A stretch of DNA of 64,000 nucleotides, taken from contig JBHGNT010000001.1 of the NCBI GenBank assembly GCA_043228905.1, positions 31,620,001 through 31,684,000 on the forward strand, read 5' to 3'. Of the stretch, positions 25,774 to 37,385 are shown piece after piece. Position 1 is the first letter of the stretch, and each line of letters starts with the position of its first letter. This stretch comes from Azolla caroliniana (Eukaryota; Plantae; Polypodiophyta). The notes below the pieces were generated by a model. The model had not been told where the DNA came from and did not search any database. It worked only from the letters and a program-made list of their open reading frames with translations. The translations under genes and the position numbers were made by a program.

Positions 25774-26476
25774 ACGAATAAAACTTATTTTTCCCTTTCA
25801 TTCGTTGATTTGCCAATTCTTCCGGAATCTATATTGATTCTCGGCTTAATCATGATTATTGCCACTGATTTATTGGATAAAGGAAGAGACAAAATTTTGC
25901 TTTATAGAATCTCATTACTATCTCTGGTAATAAGTATTATTCTTCTTTTGTACCAGTGGGAGGTAAAGTCTTTTTCGGTTTTTCCTGAAAGTATTCAAGT
26001 TAGCACTTTTAGTAATATATCCAGATTCTTTCTCTTGATTCGCTCACTATTATCCATTCCATTATCCGTTGATTATGTGCGATGTACAAAAACTGCTATG
26101 GCAGAATTCTCATTATTTGTATCAACTGCAGGTTCGGGAGGAATGCTTCTGCGTAGTGCCAATGATCTAGTAACAGTTTATGTAGCTTCGGAGTGTTTGG
26201 GTCCATCCTCTTATCTTTTATCAGGATACGCCAAAAGAGATGTCAGATCGAACGAAGCGACTATGAAATTTCTATCGATGGGTGGGGTAAGTCCATCTTT
26301 GCTAATGTATGGGTTTTCCTTATCGTACGGACTCTCTGGCGGAGAGATTCAACTTAATAAAATAGTTGATGGGCTCTTGCTAAACAGTATGCTCGATCCT
26401 TTGGCAATCCATATATCCCTTGCGTTAGTCTTGGCGGGGATGGCTTTTAAGCTCTCGCTCGTTCCATTTCATCAAT
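25774..26476 (+). pseudogene. ndhB: Plastid ndhB exon 1, unedited, truncated at PFHQ
   Basis: Probable ACG start at 25774; ANDLVTVYVA..SYLLSGYAKRDVRSNEATMK; FKLSLVPFHQ. Confidence 0.93.
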
Positions 26477-26524
26477 AGATAACCCACAACGAATACTTAT
26501 TCAAATACTCTACTTTTAAATATA

Positions 26525-26986
26525 ATCCCACAACGAATACTTATTCTAAGTTTCTTTGCTCATTTACAAACGCTGCCTTATGCCAACCAACATCAGTTGT
26601 TTTGAGCGGCCGTTTGAATATAGAGAATCAGTAAAAAAGCTGTTGGGATTAGGATGAAAAGTGCGGTGGCTACGAACGCAAGAATGTTAACTTCCGTATT
26701 AGTAGTTCAAATCGATTAAAGAGTAATATGAGTTGTCCCGTCGGGCTAAAACTCTTGGACTCTGTTATGAACCATCTATTTGTTTCGTTGCTGGTTTAGT
26801 CGGGTCGACCGAATCAAATGTATCCAATCCAATCATTCGGGGGCGATAAACTTTTTTGGTTGAACCCCCAATATCGATTACATAGTATATCACGAAATAG
26901 TTTTTTGAGAATACCTGTTCCTCCTATCTTCCGTACAGGGGTAACCAAGCTTTCGTCAGTCATCGACCAATCAGCTATCGCTGTTT
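26525..26986 (-). repeat. 462-bp inverted duplicate of 39886-40347 (psbM region)
   Basis: Reverse complement matches with no mismatch that I could see. Confidence 0.92.
26593..26697 (-). pseudogene. psbM: Plastid psbM, copy 1 (ACG start)
   Basis: (M)[33 protein letters not shown]. Confidence 0.93.
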
Positions 26987-27100
26987 GATGAGGGGATATT
27001 CTAAAAAAAATTAAAGCAATTTTCTGAACTGGAGGTATAAAAAATTTTCTTGGGTTTTCTAGTTACTTTTAGAACTTTTTAAGAAAAAATATTAGATTGA

Positions 27101-27161
27101 TTGACTTTTGGTGGGGAACACTCTATAATCCTAGGAGGTAATCTGGCCCCCATCGTCTAGT
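27101..27161 (+). promoter_or_regulatory. trnE: Plastid sigma70-type promoter plus first 16 nt of trnE-UUC
   Basis: TTGACT (27101-27106), 17-nt spacer, TATAAT (27124-27129), then GCCCCCATCGTCTAGT at 27146-27161. Confidence 0.8.
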
Positions 27162-27689
27162 TTAAAATATCACAATGGAATCCATGGCTAGTTAGAATAA
27201 ACAAGTTATTCAGGCTCCGGTGACTGAGTCCCAAGCTTGGTCGTAGCAGAACCTGCTACAGAATGGAAGGTAGGATGAGCAAGACTCCAGAAAAGTCTAT
27301 TACTTCTGAATCCATTAGTTGTGGGAATAGGAAGAAGAGGGGAAGTAAAAAAATTCGTTCCATACGTACGAGTGACGGTCGGACCCCCCCCGAAGTAGAA
27401 AATGAACCCAAAGATTCTGGAAAGAGCTCAACCACGAACAGGAAGACACCGGTGCGAAGGAGGTTGAATGACGGGCGAGTTCATCCCTACTACAGGCCGG
27501 TTACGAGTCAGTTCAGGATTTTTGATGGATGAGACAGACAAATCTGAACCGGAATTTAATTGAAATGGTGGGCATCTTGCATTGCACAACGAGCGTTGTA
27601 AGCAAGAAATGCTAGTTTTCCTCTTTCTGAAAAAAGGCAATAGTTTTTTTTCTTTTCTGCCTCCACCATGTACAAACTACCAGAGCCGT

Positions 27690-27898
27690 ATGCTTCTAGC
27701 GACGCTCGTACGGTTCCAGAGGGGGGTGAGGGTGCATGACACATAAACCTATCCTGATCAACCGGCTTTATCGGGAAAGACTTCTTTTCTTGGGTCAACA
27801 GGTAGATGATGAAATTGCTAATCAACTAATCGGTATCATGATGTACCTGAATGGGGAAGACGAAGGCAAAGATATTTTTTTGTATGTGAATTCTCCCG
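27690..27898 (+). pseudogene. clpP: Plastid clpP intron 1 3' end (group II domains V-VI) and part of exon 2 (from 27759)
   Basis: GAGCCGTATGC...GTACGGTTC domain V; [33 protein letters not shown]. Confidence 0.92.
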
Positions 27899-27995
27899 CA
27901 ATTCCGAAACAAATAACTAACTTGCTAATGAGTTGCCTCATGACGGCCTTATCCATCGTCTTGTTGTAGAAGGGTAATTCAGCTTGATCTGCCAT
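27898..27995 (-). pseudogene. rpoC2: Plastid rpoC2 5' fragment
   Basis: [32 protein letters not shown]. Confidence 0.8.
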
Positions 27996-28101
27996 GATAA
28001 AAACCTCGACTTTATTTTCTTCTTCTCCTACTCCTTACTGATTATCAACCAACAAACTGAGAATCGAATCATTCAGTGATTGAAAATAAGAAGGGTAAGG
28101 G

Positions 28102-28575
28102 CTAAGATTAGATTCTATTGTTTTTAGAAAAAAATTGTTAAATTCCATAGGATCTGGAACTATCCATAACTTCAAATCAAAAATGGAATTTATCTTTATT
28201 TCTGATTCGTTATTTTTTTGTTGATAAAATTTTTCTGCATACGCTATTTCATTAAGATAACCAATATCCTCAACATCAGGAATATCCTCAATATCAGGAA
28301 TATCCTCAATATCAGGAATATCCTCAATATCAGGAATATCTTCAATATCCTCAATTCCAGGAAATTTATCAATTCCAGAAATATCAAGAATTTCTGGAAT
28401 TATTTGAATTCGACCAATTCCACGAAATTCATCAATTCCATCAAAAGGATCGATTTCCTTAATTTCATCATATGCAGGAATTGCCTCAAAAACATCATCA
28501 AATCCAGCAAGCTCATCCAACCCATCAAATATATCATATAACCCATCGATTAAAAGCTTGGACTCAATAGTTTGC
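28102..28575 (-). pseudogene. ycf1: Probable plastid ycf1 fragment with 18-bp (DIEDIP)n repeats
   Basis: Shares 140 bp (YAEKF..LKLWIVPD..IESNLS) with the fragment at 37748; assignment to ycf1 is from weak similarity. Confidence 0.6.
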
Positions 28576-28576
28576 T

Positions 28577-29410
28577 TTAGGGAATCCTGTTGTGTAGCAA
28601 ATTGCTGCGTATGCCCATCTCGCAGAAATTAGAATTGGAATTCGATTTCGACTGATACTTGGAAATAGTATTATTCGTTACTAAATAGTGCGTTAATAGT
28701 TCTTTCTTACTATTAAGGATATCGGAGCTTTCCCTACAAAGTATCCACAAATCTAGTTCGTTTTTGACGAAGGAGAAAAAGAATATATTATTTATGTAAT
28801 TCGAGAATCTCTTCAAATAATGGATTAGTACATCTCTCGTTTGCATTTGCCTTGTTGAAGGGGAAGAAATTCCCTTCTCTGAATAGGATCCACGCATTGG
28901 GTCTATTAAATATCCAATAGTATTGAAACGTTTCCATGAATGAAGGGAGTTAGAGCCCGAAACGGCAGATAAAAGATACTTGGATAATGCAAGAACGTAT
29001 AATACTGAAAGAACGAAGTAAGATAAGATAAGCTTATTGGAAAATTGAGAAACTAACCACCTTGAATGTGACATCTTCGTTTCATTAGGAAATTCCTTGA
29101 AAAGGATAAGATCTATTTTGGATAATCTTTTATTGGTAGAATCATTCTTGAATCTCAATCTTAGGCTTTGTGATGAATAAGTTTTGGCTCTATATACACC
29201 CTCAGAAATTCTTTTAGAAATTCTAGGTAAAGGGTAATTCGGGTCATCACTTATTTTATGTACTACTTCTGGATATGTTTCTCCAATCAGATCGTAGAAA
29301 TATCTCCACCAGTTAGGGGTAAAAAACCAAGGTATATACTCTCTGAATAGGCTCCATTTTTCAAAGATATTGTCTTAAAGATTTGAACGATTACTGAATG
29401 ATTCCTCGTA
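28577..29410 (-). pseudogene. ycf2: Plastid ycf2 internal fragment
   Basis: EKWSLFREYIPWFFTPNWWRYF...HSWKRFNTIGYLIDPMR; one in-frame TAA at 29375-29377. Confidence 0.8.
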
Positions 29411-29601
29411 TCAGTCATTTTTTTACGAGCAAGATTCTTTGAGAAAGAAAGCCTTTCTATTTGTATTTTGTTTTTTCATTTTCGCTCGCGCCATCTATCA
29501 AGAAAATCCCCTCATTATATATATATCATTGCTGCGTATCAATACGATTAACCCTACTAGGAATAAAAAATAGACTTTAACCTTAAGAAAAAAAGTTACC
29601 T

Positions 29602-29781
29602 ATGGCAGTACCAAAGAAACGTACTTCTGGTTCGAAAAAAAAAATTCGTAATCGCGTGTGGCGAGATGGGTCAGTAAATGTAGCAGCAAGAGCTCTTTCC
29701 TCAGCCCGGTCCATCTTGAGCGGTCGCTCAAAGAGCTTCTATTACGTAACAAACGAGAAAGCTTCTGGACCGAATGATTAG
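29602..29781 (+). pseudogene. rpl32: Plastid rpl32, full length
   Basis: MAVPKKRTSGSKKKIRNRVW...SILSGRSKSFYY. Confidence 0.93.
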
Positions 29782-29902
29782 TCTATCTCTATAACTAATT
29801 ATAAGAATTATCGGATTTTCTAGTTGCGATAACCTGATTCAGGCTTGGCCAATTTGGTTAATGGGGTTCAGTACCCAGAGTTGTAGTAGTTGCAGTAAAA
29901 AA

Positions 29903-29960
29903 ATGACTATATATAATGGTATTTTTATTCGTTTGGTTATATACCATTATATATAGTCAT
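29903..29960. other. 20-bp-stem hairpin, probably a plastid intergenic stem-loop
   Basis: ATGACTATATATAATGGTAT / ATACCATTATATATAGTCAT. Confidence 0.7.
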
Positions 29961-30204
29961 ATAGCTGCCGATATCCAGATAGAGTCTAAGTCATTAGAAA
30001 ACTAGTACTAAAAAAAAAAAAAAAAAAAGTAAGATTTCAAAGAAAACATAGTTTAGTACAAAATACCATAATTAAAAATATTATCTTTTATACCCTTCCC
30101 GATTCCTTATTTTTGAAAAACAAAAAAGAAACCAGTATAGTTTATGTCTCTAAGAGCAGAGCTAAAAATTCATTGTTTAACATCACGATGTTATTTTATG
30201 AAAT

Positions 30205-31155
30205 CAACCATGTTTACGGAGGCAGTGACTGTCAACGCACCGGAAAGATTGGCAAATATCCGAGTACCTGAAAGGGCTAGTTATATACGTGTGATAATGC
30301 TTGAACTAAGCCGAATAGCTTCTCACTTGCTGTGGCTTGGACCCTTCCTTGCGGATATCGGTGCTCAGACTCCCTTTTTCTATATATTACGAGAAAGGGA
30401 GATGATTTATGACTTATTTGAAGCTGCTACAGGTATGCGAATGATGCATAACTACTTCCGAATTGGGGGAGTAGCTGCGGATCTTCCGTATGGGTGGGTA
30501 GACAAATGTATCGACTTCTGTAAGTATTGTCTTCCAAAAATTGATGAGTATGAGCGACTAATAACAAGGAATCCTATTTTTCTGAGACGAGTAGAGGGTA
30601 TAGGTTTCGTGAGTAAGGAAGAGGCTATCAACTGGGGCTTATCAGGACCTTTGTTACGAGCATCGGGAGTTAAGTGGGATCTCCGAAAGGTTGATAATTA
30701 TGAATGTTATGATAAATTGGATTGGCAAATCCAATCAAAAAAAGAAGGAGATTCGTTGGCTCGTTACTTGGTACGAATCAACGAAATGAGAGAGTCAATT
30801 AAGATTATTCAACAAGCATTGAAACTACCTCCGGGAGGTCCGTACGAAAATTTAGAGGGCCGGCGGTTTCGTCAGCGACAGGGAGATGCAAAATGGAACG
30901 AATTCAATTACCAATTTGTTGGTAAAAAATCTTCCCCTACAATTAAGTTACCTAAGCAAGAACATTATGTGAGGGTGGAGGCTCCAAAAGGTGAATTAGG
31001 TGTATTCCCAATTGGAGATGATAGTGTTTTTCCCTGGAGATGGAAGATTCGTTCTCCTGGTTTTACAAATCTACAGATTCTATCCCAATTAATAAAAGGA
31101 ATGAAGTTAGCAGATATTATGACAATATCAGGTAGTATAGATATTATTATGGGAG
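30205..31155 (+). pseudogene. ndhH: Plastid ndhH lacking the 5' part and last codons
   Basis: [25 protein letters not shown]; [24 protein letters not shown]; [12 protein letters not shown]; [15 protein letters not shown]. Confidence 0.95.
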
Positions 31156-31210
31156 GAACCCCCGGCTATTGCGGCGGTGGGTTCCAATGCACTAACCCAC
31201 CCTCTCTCTC

Positions 31211-31435
31211 CTACCAACTTATCGGAATACCATCCAAAAGAACAGATGAGTTGTAAATTTCCAAAATGATAACTAAGAATACAGCAAATAAGGCCATGAA
31301 GAATCCCATTAGAGGGGTAGTTCCCCAACCAGGGGCCACTTTACCATATTCTGAGTTAAGTGGCTTCAAAATTATTCCTAAGAGACTAACCCGGGGTTTA
31401 CCCTTGGGAGTATCATCAACAAAATTGGTAGCCAT
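31211..31435 (-). pseudogene. psbH: Plastid psbH, full length
   Basis: [35 protein letters not shown]. Confidence 0.95.
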
Positions 31436-31519
31436 AGAGCTTATTCAATCGATTGAAATTTACTGACTTTGTATACTATTATATCTCATGGGAATTAATA
31501 TTTCTTAGGTTATACAGCA

Positions 31520-31641
31520 ACGGAAACTGCAACTTCGGTCGCTATCTTTACATCTTGTTCACTCGTCAGCTTCACCGGTCACGCTTTGTATACTGCCTTC
31601 GGTCAACCCTCCGAAGAGCTCAGAGACCCCTTTGAGGAACA
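31520..31641 (+). pseudogene. psbN: Plastid psbN (pbf1), ACG start, truncated just before the stop
   Basis: (M)[39 protein letters not shown]; divergent from psbH as in plastomes. Confidence 0.92.
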
Positions 31642-31918
31642 AAAAAAAAAATTGTAGGTAGGCGTGATGGATACATTTGATAGGAATAAAAATTTTTTAG
31701 GATTTTTCTTCACCACTAAAAAGAAACGAATCTCATATAGGAAGAGTTGAAGTAAGAGAAAAGAGGAGGGGACTAAAAGAGAAGTAGAAGAAGGAATGGT
31801 ATCAAATTCATGAGGAGCCGGTTGGGAAGAGATCCCCATGCCCGGTTTCGTATCAGAGATGGAAAGATTTCATTGCCATCGACCGTAACCCCAAACGAAC
31901 AAAATTCCGTAAACAACA
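31642..31918 (+). pseudogene. rpl16: Plastid rpl16 intron 3' end and first codons of exon 2 (from 31890)
   Basis: Domain-V-like GAGCCGG...CCGGTTTC, then PKRTKFRKQ. Confidence 0.8.
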
Positions 31919-31989
31919 ATCATACTCGAAAGGAATTATATCAGTATTTATCATAAGGTTCTCAAATTAGAGACTTCTTAAGTACGAGT

Positions 31990-32073
31990 AGGAGAGCACT
32001 CATCCTGAGGTGGGCTTCCTACTTAGATGCTTTCAGCAGTTATCCGCTCCGCACTTGGCTACCCAGCGTTTAC
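31990..32073 (-). rRNA. rrn23: Plastid 23S rRNA fragment (3' region)
   Basis: GGGCTTCCTACTTAGATGCTTTCAGCAGTTATCCGCTCCGCACTTGGCTACCCAGCG is antisense to conserved LSU sequence. Confidence 0.88.
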
Positions 32074-32111
32074 GCTTACCCTGTGGCGGATGCCAGCGGT
32101 TCGAGTCCGCT
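32074..32111 (+). tRNA. trnA: trnA-UGC intron end and exon 2 fragment
   Basis: CCCTGTGGCGGATGCCAGCGGTTCGAGTCCGCT. Confidence 0.7.
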
Positions 32112-32116
32112 CCGAA

Positions 32117-32196
32117 GAATAATGCTCAAGAAGCGGGATACCAACTATTAACCACCTTTATCGTTCCGTTTGAACCGCTTTCGATACTACTCCTAT
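32117..32196 (+). pseudogene. ndhG: Plastid ndhG fragment
   Basis: NNAQEAGYQLLTTFIVPFEPLSILLL. Confidence 0.7.
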
Positions 32197-32436
32197 TTTA
32201 AAGTATGAAGTACAATATTTTAAACGGTTTTTTGCCGCGATAGATAAGTCGGATTTTTTATCTATCTTACTAATCTTTTTAGTGAGCCCTTTGTTGGTGC
32301 TTCACAATTAAGAAATAGAGTTGCTTTTCGCGACTTTACGTAGGGCAGAGTTAGGTTTTTCTCTCACATCTGGCCCGAAATTCATCAGCTTGTGCTCGAG
32401 AGATAGCCATCCACACCGAGCTCTCCACAGAGGCCT

Positions 32437-32495
32437 TGGAGGACCGAACTCACGTATGTGGCAAAATACGGGGATGACTCATGGCTAGGGGTGAA
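32437..32495 (+). rRNA. rrnL: Mitochondrial-type LSU (26S) rRNA fragment
   Basis: GGAGGACCGAACTCACGTATGTGGCAAAATACGGGGATGACTCATGGCTAGGGGTGAA resembles my recollection of plant mitochondrial 26S rather than plastid 23S. Confidence 0.65.
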
Positions 32496-32621
32496 TCAAA
32501 GAGCTACGACTCCGCCGTTCATCGATATAGAGTACATATGTGCGCATATTTCTTTCATTATGCGAAGACTCAATTATACCGGTCCTTTTTAATCCATTCA
32601 AAGAAGTTGGTCGATTCCGAA

Positions 32622-32664
32622 GCAGTTTTAGGTTTTGGGGGTATCTACCACGCTCTCATCGGGC
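32622..32664 (+). pseudogene. psbC: Plastid psbC micro-fragment
   Basis: AVLGFGGIYHALIG. Confidence 0.8.
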
Positions 32665-32681
32665 AAAAGATCCTTTTGCTT

Positions 32682-32704
32682 GGAGAGATGGCCGAGAGGT
32701 CTAA
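32682..32704 (+). tRNA. trnS: 5' end of an organellar trnS
   Basis: GGAGAGATGGCCGAGAGGTCTAA. Confidence 0.55.
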
Positions 32705-33087
32705 CGTTTCCATCAGCCATCACCGACCAGATACTGCACCGGAGACGTTATGGATTCCACTGTTTCCACGGCTGAGCTCTTGGCAGCTGGGTCCTTCCTA
32801 CACACCGGAGCGTGAAGTTCCTTCGAGATGAGAGAAAACCTACCTCAGCTCTATCTCTCACAGCGACGGAAAAATCAAAAAACGAAACCCCGGACGTAGA
32901 GATTGAATCTCTTTCTTGCCGAAGGTCCGTATTTTGAACCAAAGATTCCCGGACGATAGAAGCAATTTCATTCCAAGAATCAAAAGGGGTGATAAAAAAA
33001 AAAATAGTCAAATGAAAGAAGAGCTAGTCTCGTAGTGAGCTTCACCACTGGCTGGATGAGCCAGCCATACCACATTTTCACCTATCA

Positions 33088-33210
<123 letters not shown>

Positions 33211-33211
33211 T

Positions 33212-33257
33212 TAGCCCTACTAACCTTGCTTGAACGATCGAAAGAGCAACGGGTTTA
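33212..33257 (-). pseudogene. psaB: Plastid psaB micro-fragment
   Basis: KPVALSIVQARLVGL. Confidence 0.85.
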
Positions 33258-33738
33258 GCTGGAGCGGACCTGTGAATCGGAAATTTTATACTACTTTCCA
33301 CAGGACCCACTGATCCGGTCCACGGGGGGGGGAAATAGGACGCAGGCCTCGACTCAGTGGCTCGTCACGGAACAAGCTGGCTAAGCCAGAATCACCGAGA
33401 CGTTCCGCTTACGGTTATTAGCTTTGGCTAATAACCCCACTCACGCAAAAAAAAAAAATAGCTAGTTACTTTTCTAGATCTCGTTGTTCCTTGTCCAATT
33501 GTGCAAGTCCAATTATGCGTATATTTTTGTAAAAAAGATTGTTTCATTCCTTCAGAAGCTTTTGACAGATCAAATCAACCAAAGAAATTACCCCAAGATA
33601 TAGAAAAAATGCCTGTTAGGAACGAAAAAAATCATAAAAATTATCTACTATGTAGTAATAGTTTCTACAATTTTTATATAAACCTATTTATATTTTAAAA
33701 GTTCTCTTTTTTAGGGGTAGGTCTAACAAAGTATGATA

Positions 33739-33906
33739 GTGAAATAGACATGTCTGTGAAGATGCGGACTACCCGCACCTGGACAGAAAGACCCTATGAA
33801 GCTTCACTGTTCCCTGGGATTGGCTTCGAGCTCTTCTTGCGCAGCTTAGGTGGAAGGCGGAGAGGGCCCCTCTCCGGAGGGGCCTGAGCCATCAGTGAGA
33901 TACCAC
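33739..33906 (+). rRNA. rrn23: Plastid 23S rRNA fragment (domain V region)
   Basis: GTGAAATAGACATGTCTGTGAAGATGCGGACTACCCGCACCTGGACAGAAAGACCCTATGAAGCTT. Confidence 0.92.
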
Positions 33907-34111
33907 GTACGAGTCAAAGATCGGGGTACCAGGCTTATGGATTCACTTTTTGGGTATGCGTATTAAGGTGCCCGCCCGCGATTCGTTCGAAAAGGATATG
34001 GGAAAGAAAGAAAATTGCATTATTCCCAAGGGTACAATACTTGGGATAGCAATCCAAAAAGAAACACCTATATTCGGATTAGATAGGATTATATGCTGAC
34101 CAAAGGGTATC

Positions 34112-34182
34112 CAACTTAAAAGGATTTTTTTTTGTAAGGAAGTAGCGACACTGAAGGGTCAGGGATCCGCCAGCGCACCTCA
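34112..34182 (+). repeat. 71-bp direct duplicate of 39570-39640 (psbE upstream region)
   Basis: CAACTTAAAAGG...GCCAGCGCACCTCA is identical at both sites. Confidence 0.92.
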
Positions 34183-34274
34183 TATCTAGATATTTGAAAA
34201 TACTCTACTTTTAAATAATCCCACAACGAATACTTATTCTAAGTTTAAATACTCTACTTATTGGAATCTAATAT

Positions 34275-34604
34275 TTTTTGCACGTGAGAGATTCTAATAT
34301 CGCCCACCTCGGTAATATTCAGAATTCTTCGGACTTAGCCAAATCGTCTTTACAACTGGATAGTGTGGGAAAATCGAGAGAAGTTCTTACAAATACATTC
34401 ATTGATCAACTGGAATCACCTGCTAGGGCTTTTAATTGTCTTAAACGGGCTGAGATACATACAATAAATGATTTACTTAACTATAGTCGGGATGATTTGC
34501 TTAAACTAAAGAGTTTTGGAAAAAAATCCGTAGATCAGGTTTCAAAAGCTTCGTGGGAACGTTTCGCCGCAGAATTACCCAGTAGCAAGGTGCGCGTGGA
34601 TTAG
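34275..34604 (+). pseudogene. rpoA: Plastid rpoA 3' fragment (alpha-CTD)
   Basis: FIDQLESPARAFNCLKRAEIHTINDLLNYSRDDLLKLKSFGKKSV. Confidence 0.92.
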
Positions 34605-34943
34605 GAATAAAAGGTCTTTTCTCAGAATCGTACTCCTTGTGTTGTGGTGTTGTGGGCCAGCCCATCGCTTGCCCGCTGTGGCTCTTTATCAATAATGAAA
34701 GCGGCTAAGTAATGAATTTTTTTTTGCATAGACAGACAAGAAGGGGATGCGGAAAAAAGCGGTTATACGGCTTTGGTCGTCGTATACGTATAATTAGTTG
34801 TCAAATAAGAAATAGAATAAATAATAGAACCATTTCGAAATTTTAGTAGTTGCTTATAAAAAAACAACAAGTCTAGGGAGATGTTGTGGTGTAACAATCA
34901 CTCCCTAGATTTTCTGTGTGCATGTCAATGAACTAGTAGGGTT

Positions 34944-35260
<317 letters not shown>

Positions 35261-35287
35261 ACGTACATAGTATTTTGTTTGGACGAG

Positions 35288-35552
35288 CCATGGAAAGTCC
35301 GTCGATACCTGAACTCCAATGGAATTTAATAGAGTTTATCCAGTTTAATTTTTCTACCAACTGAACAAAATTAGAATCAATTTGAAAATGGCAATGAAAT
35401 GTATGAATTATCAATAAGAATTCTGGTATACGAATGCCCGGAGTGTACCATCGGATTATTCTATTTCCGTTACGAGGCAGCATCGGAAGAAGCAAACCAG
35501 CAAAGATTGGAAAGAGAACTATTATTGTTAGCCGAGGTACGTTACTAATCAT
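35288..35552 (-). pseudogene. ndhD: Plastid ndhD 5' fragment
   Basis: PRLTIIVLFPIFAG..GNRIIRWY..FHWSSGIDGLSM. Confidence 0.9.
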
Positions 35553-35740
35553 TTATGTATGGGAAGGAGAAAGAAAGAAGATGTTGTAGGGTTGATTATG
35601 TTATGCGAACTGTGCATTTCGACCCATACTCAGACTTCGTTATCACGAAACTTCGAATATGGGCCGAAAAAGAATGAGGACTAATGAGGACTAAATTGGA
35701 TCAATTTTGTTTCGTTGTTTATACCCTATCTCTCATTCAA

Positions 35741-35986
<246 letters not shown>

Positions 35987-36303
35987 TTAGTCTATTTACT
36001 CCTATCGGATTTTTATATCGAAACCTACCGCATGTGGATTACGATTAGACCTTTGTTCTATTCCTCATACGGATGTTACTGATTCTCGTCTGGGATGCAT
36101 CCCATGTACGGGATTTGCACGGTCCACCGCTAGACCACAACCTTTTTTGTTGTTTTATTGACTCGTTCCTGACTCATGTTTCTCACAAAAGAGAGATGGA
36201 AGGAACAGGGATCAACGACACGGTTCGTTCGACACTGATATCTATTACTGAATCGGGTACCGATTTGATCGGATCCGGGAAAAAATCCATACTGATCAAT
36301 CGA

Positions 36304-36445
36304 TTACCATTTTAACAAATCGAATTGATCGATACGAGTCGATCTTCTGTTTCGCCGAATAACGAGAGCAAGGGCTAACCCAATGGCAGCTTCGGCGGCT
36401 GCAACAGCTATAATGAATAAACAAAAGATTTCTCCCCTCGTTTGC
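36304..36445 (-). pseudogene. ndhE: Plastid ndhE 3' fragment
   Basis: [43 protein letters not shown]. Confidence 0.92.
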
Positions 36446-36569
36446 TGGCGGGAGGAAAGGATCGATAAGGAGGCTTTTCTTTTTTTTTTTGGTAGGATGC
36501 AAAGGATTTGGTAATTTATAGGAGAGGGAAGAGGGGGAGATAAAAAAAGAACAACAAGGAGAATTTCTG

Positions 36570-36698
36570 ATGCAATATGTGAAGATTTATCTCTCTACAG
36601 CCCCTGTCATTGCTACTATATGGTTTGGGTTGTTAGCTGGTTTGTCGATAGAAATAAATCGTTTTTTTCCAGATGCCTTAGTTTTTCCCTTCCTGTGA
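36570..36698 (+). pseudogene. psaJ: Plastid psaJ, full length
   Basis: [42 protein letters not shown]. Confidence 0.95.
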
Positions 36699-36943
36699 CC
36701 CATTAGATTAGGCGCCAAGTACAAGAACAAGCAGAATCGAGGAAATTCTTGATCTTTTCGTTTTTGTTTGCAGGGGAAATCACAGGTTATCGATCCTTTT
36801 GAACTTTTGAATGAAAAAATATTCTTGTTATTTTGAATTCTGCTGGTTGGGACTGCGCAGGCGGTTAATTCGAATCCTTCTTGGATCCAGCCCCCTATCT
36901 TGTAAAGCAAAAGAATAAAAAAAGGTATCGTCCAATCAGTATT

Positions 36944-37126
36944 ATGGCTAAAAGTAAAGATGCAAGAGTAACTATCGCTTCGGAATGTACAAGTTGTGTC
37001 CAGAAAAGGACTGGTTACAATCCCGTAGGTGTCTCTCGGTACACTACGCGTAAAAATCGTCGGAATACGCCTATTCGGTTGGAATCGAAGAAATTTTGTT
37101 TTTGTTGCGGTAAGCACACTATTCAC
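36944..37126 (+). pseudogene. rpl33: Plastid rpl33, truncated near the 3' end
   Basis: [47 protein letters not shown]. Confidence 0.93.
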
Positions 37127-37385
37127 AACTACTATGATTAGTAGTTGTGGGATTTAGCTAGAGTAGCCTTCTATAAGAGCCTGAGAGGTTAAAAGGGATC
37201 GTCGTAAGCGGGCTCCATTGAGCAAGTCGCGCGTTTGCTTGCTTGCTTGCTTGCTTGCGGGAGAATCGAAAAATACGGGGTGGTGTTTCAGTTTCCTCTA
37301 ATTGCTACGCCATCCGAGCCATTGGCGTTCTTAGCTCTATCCAGTTAGCAGTGAAAAAGGGTGGTTTCGAAATAAGAATCGATGT

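Noticed and set aside
28218-28541. (NIRNIL)n ORF, and the (GVKSK)n ORF at 37765-38181
   Set aside because: Antisense shadows of the ycf1-like tandem repeats.
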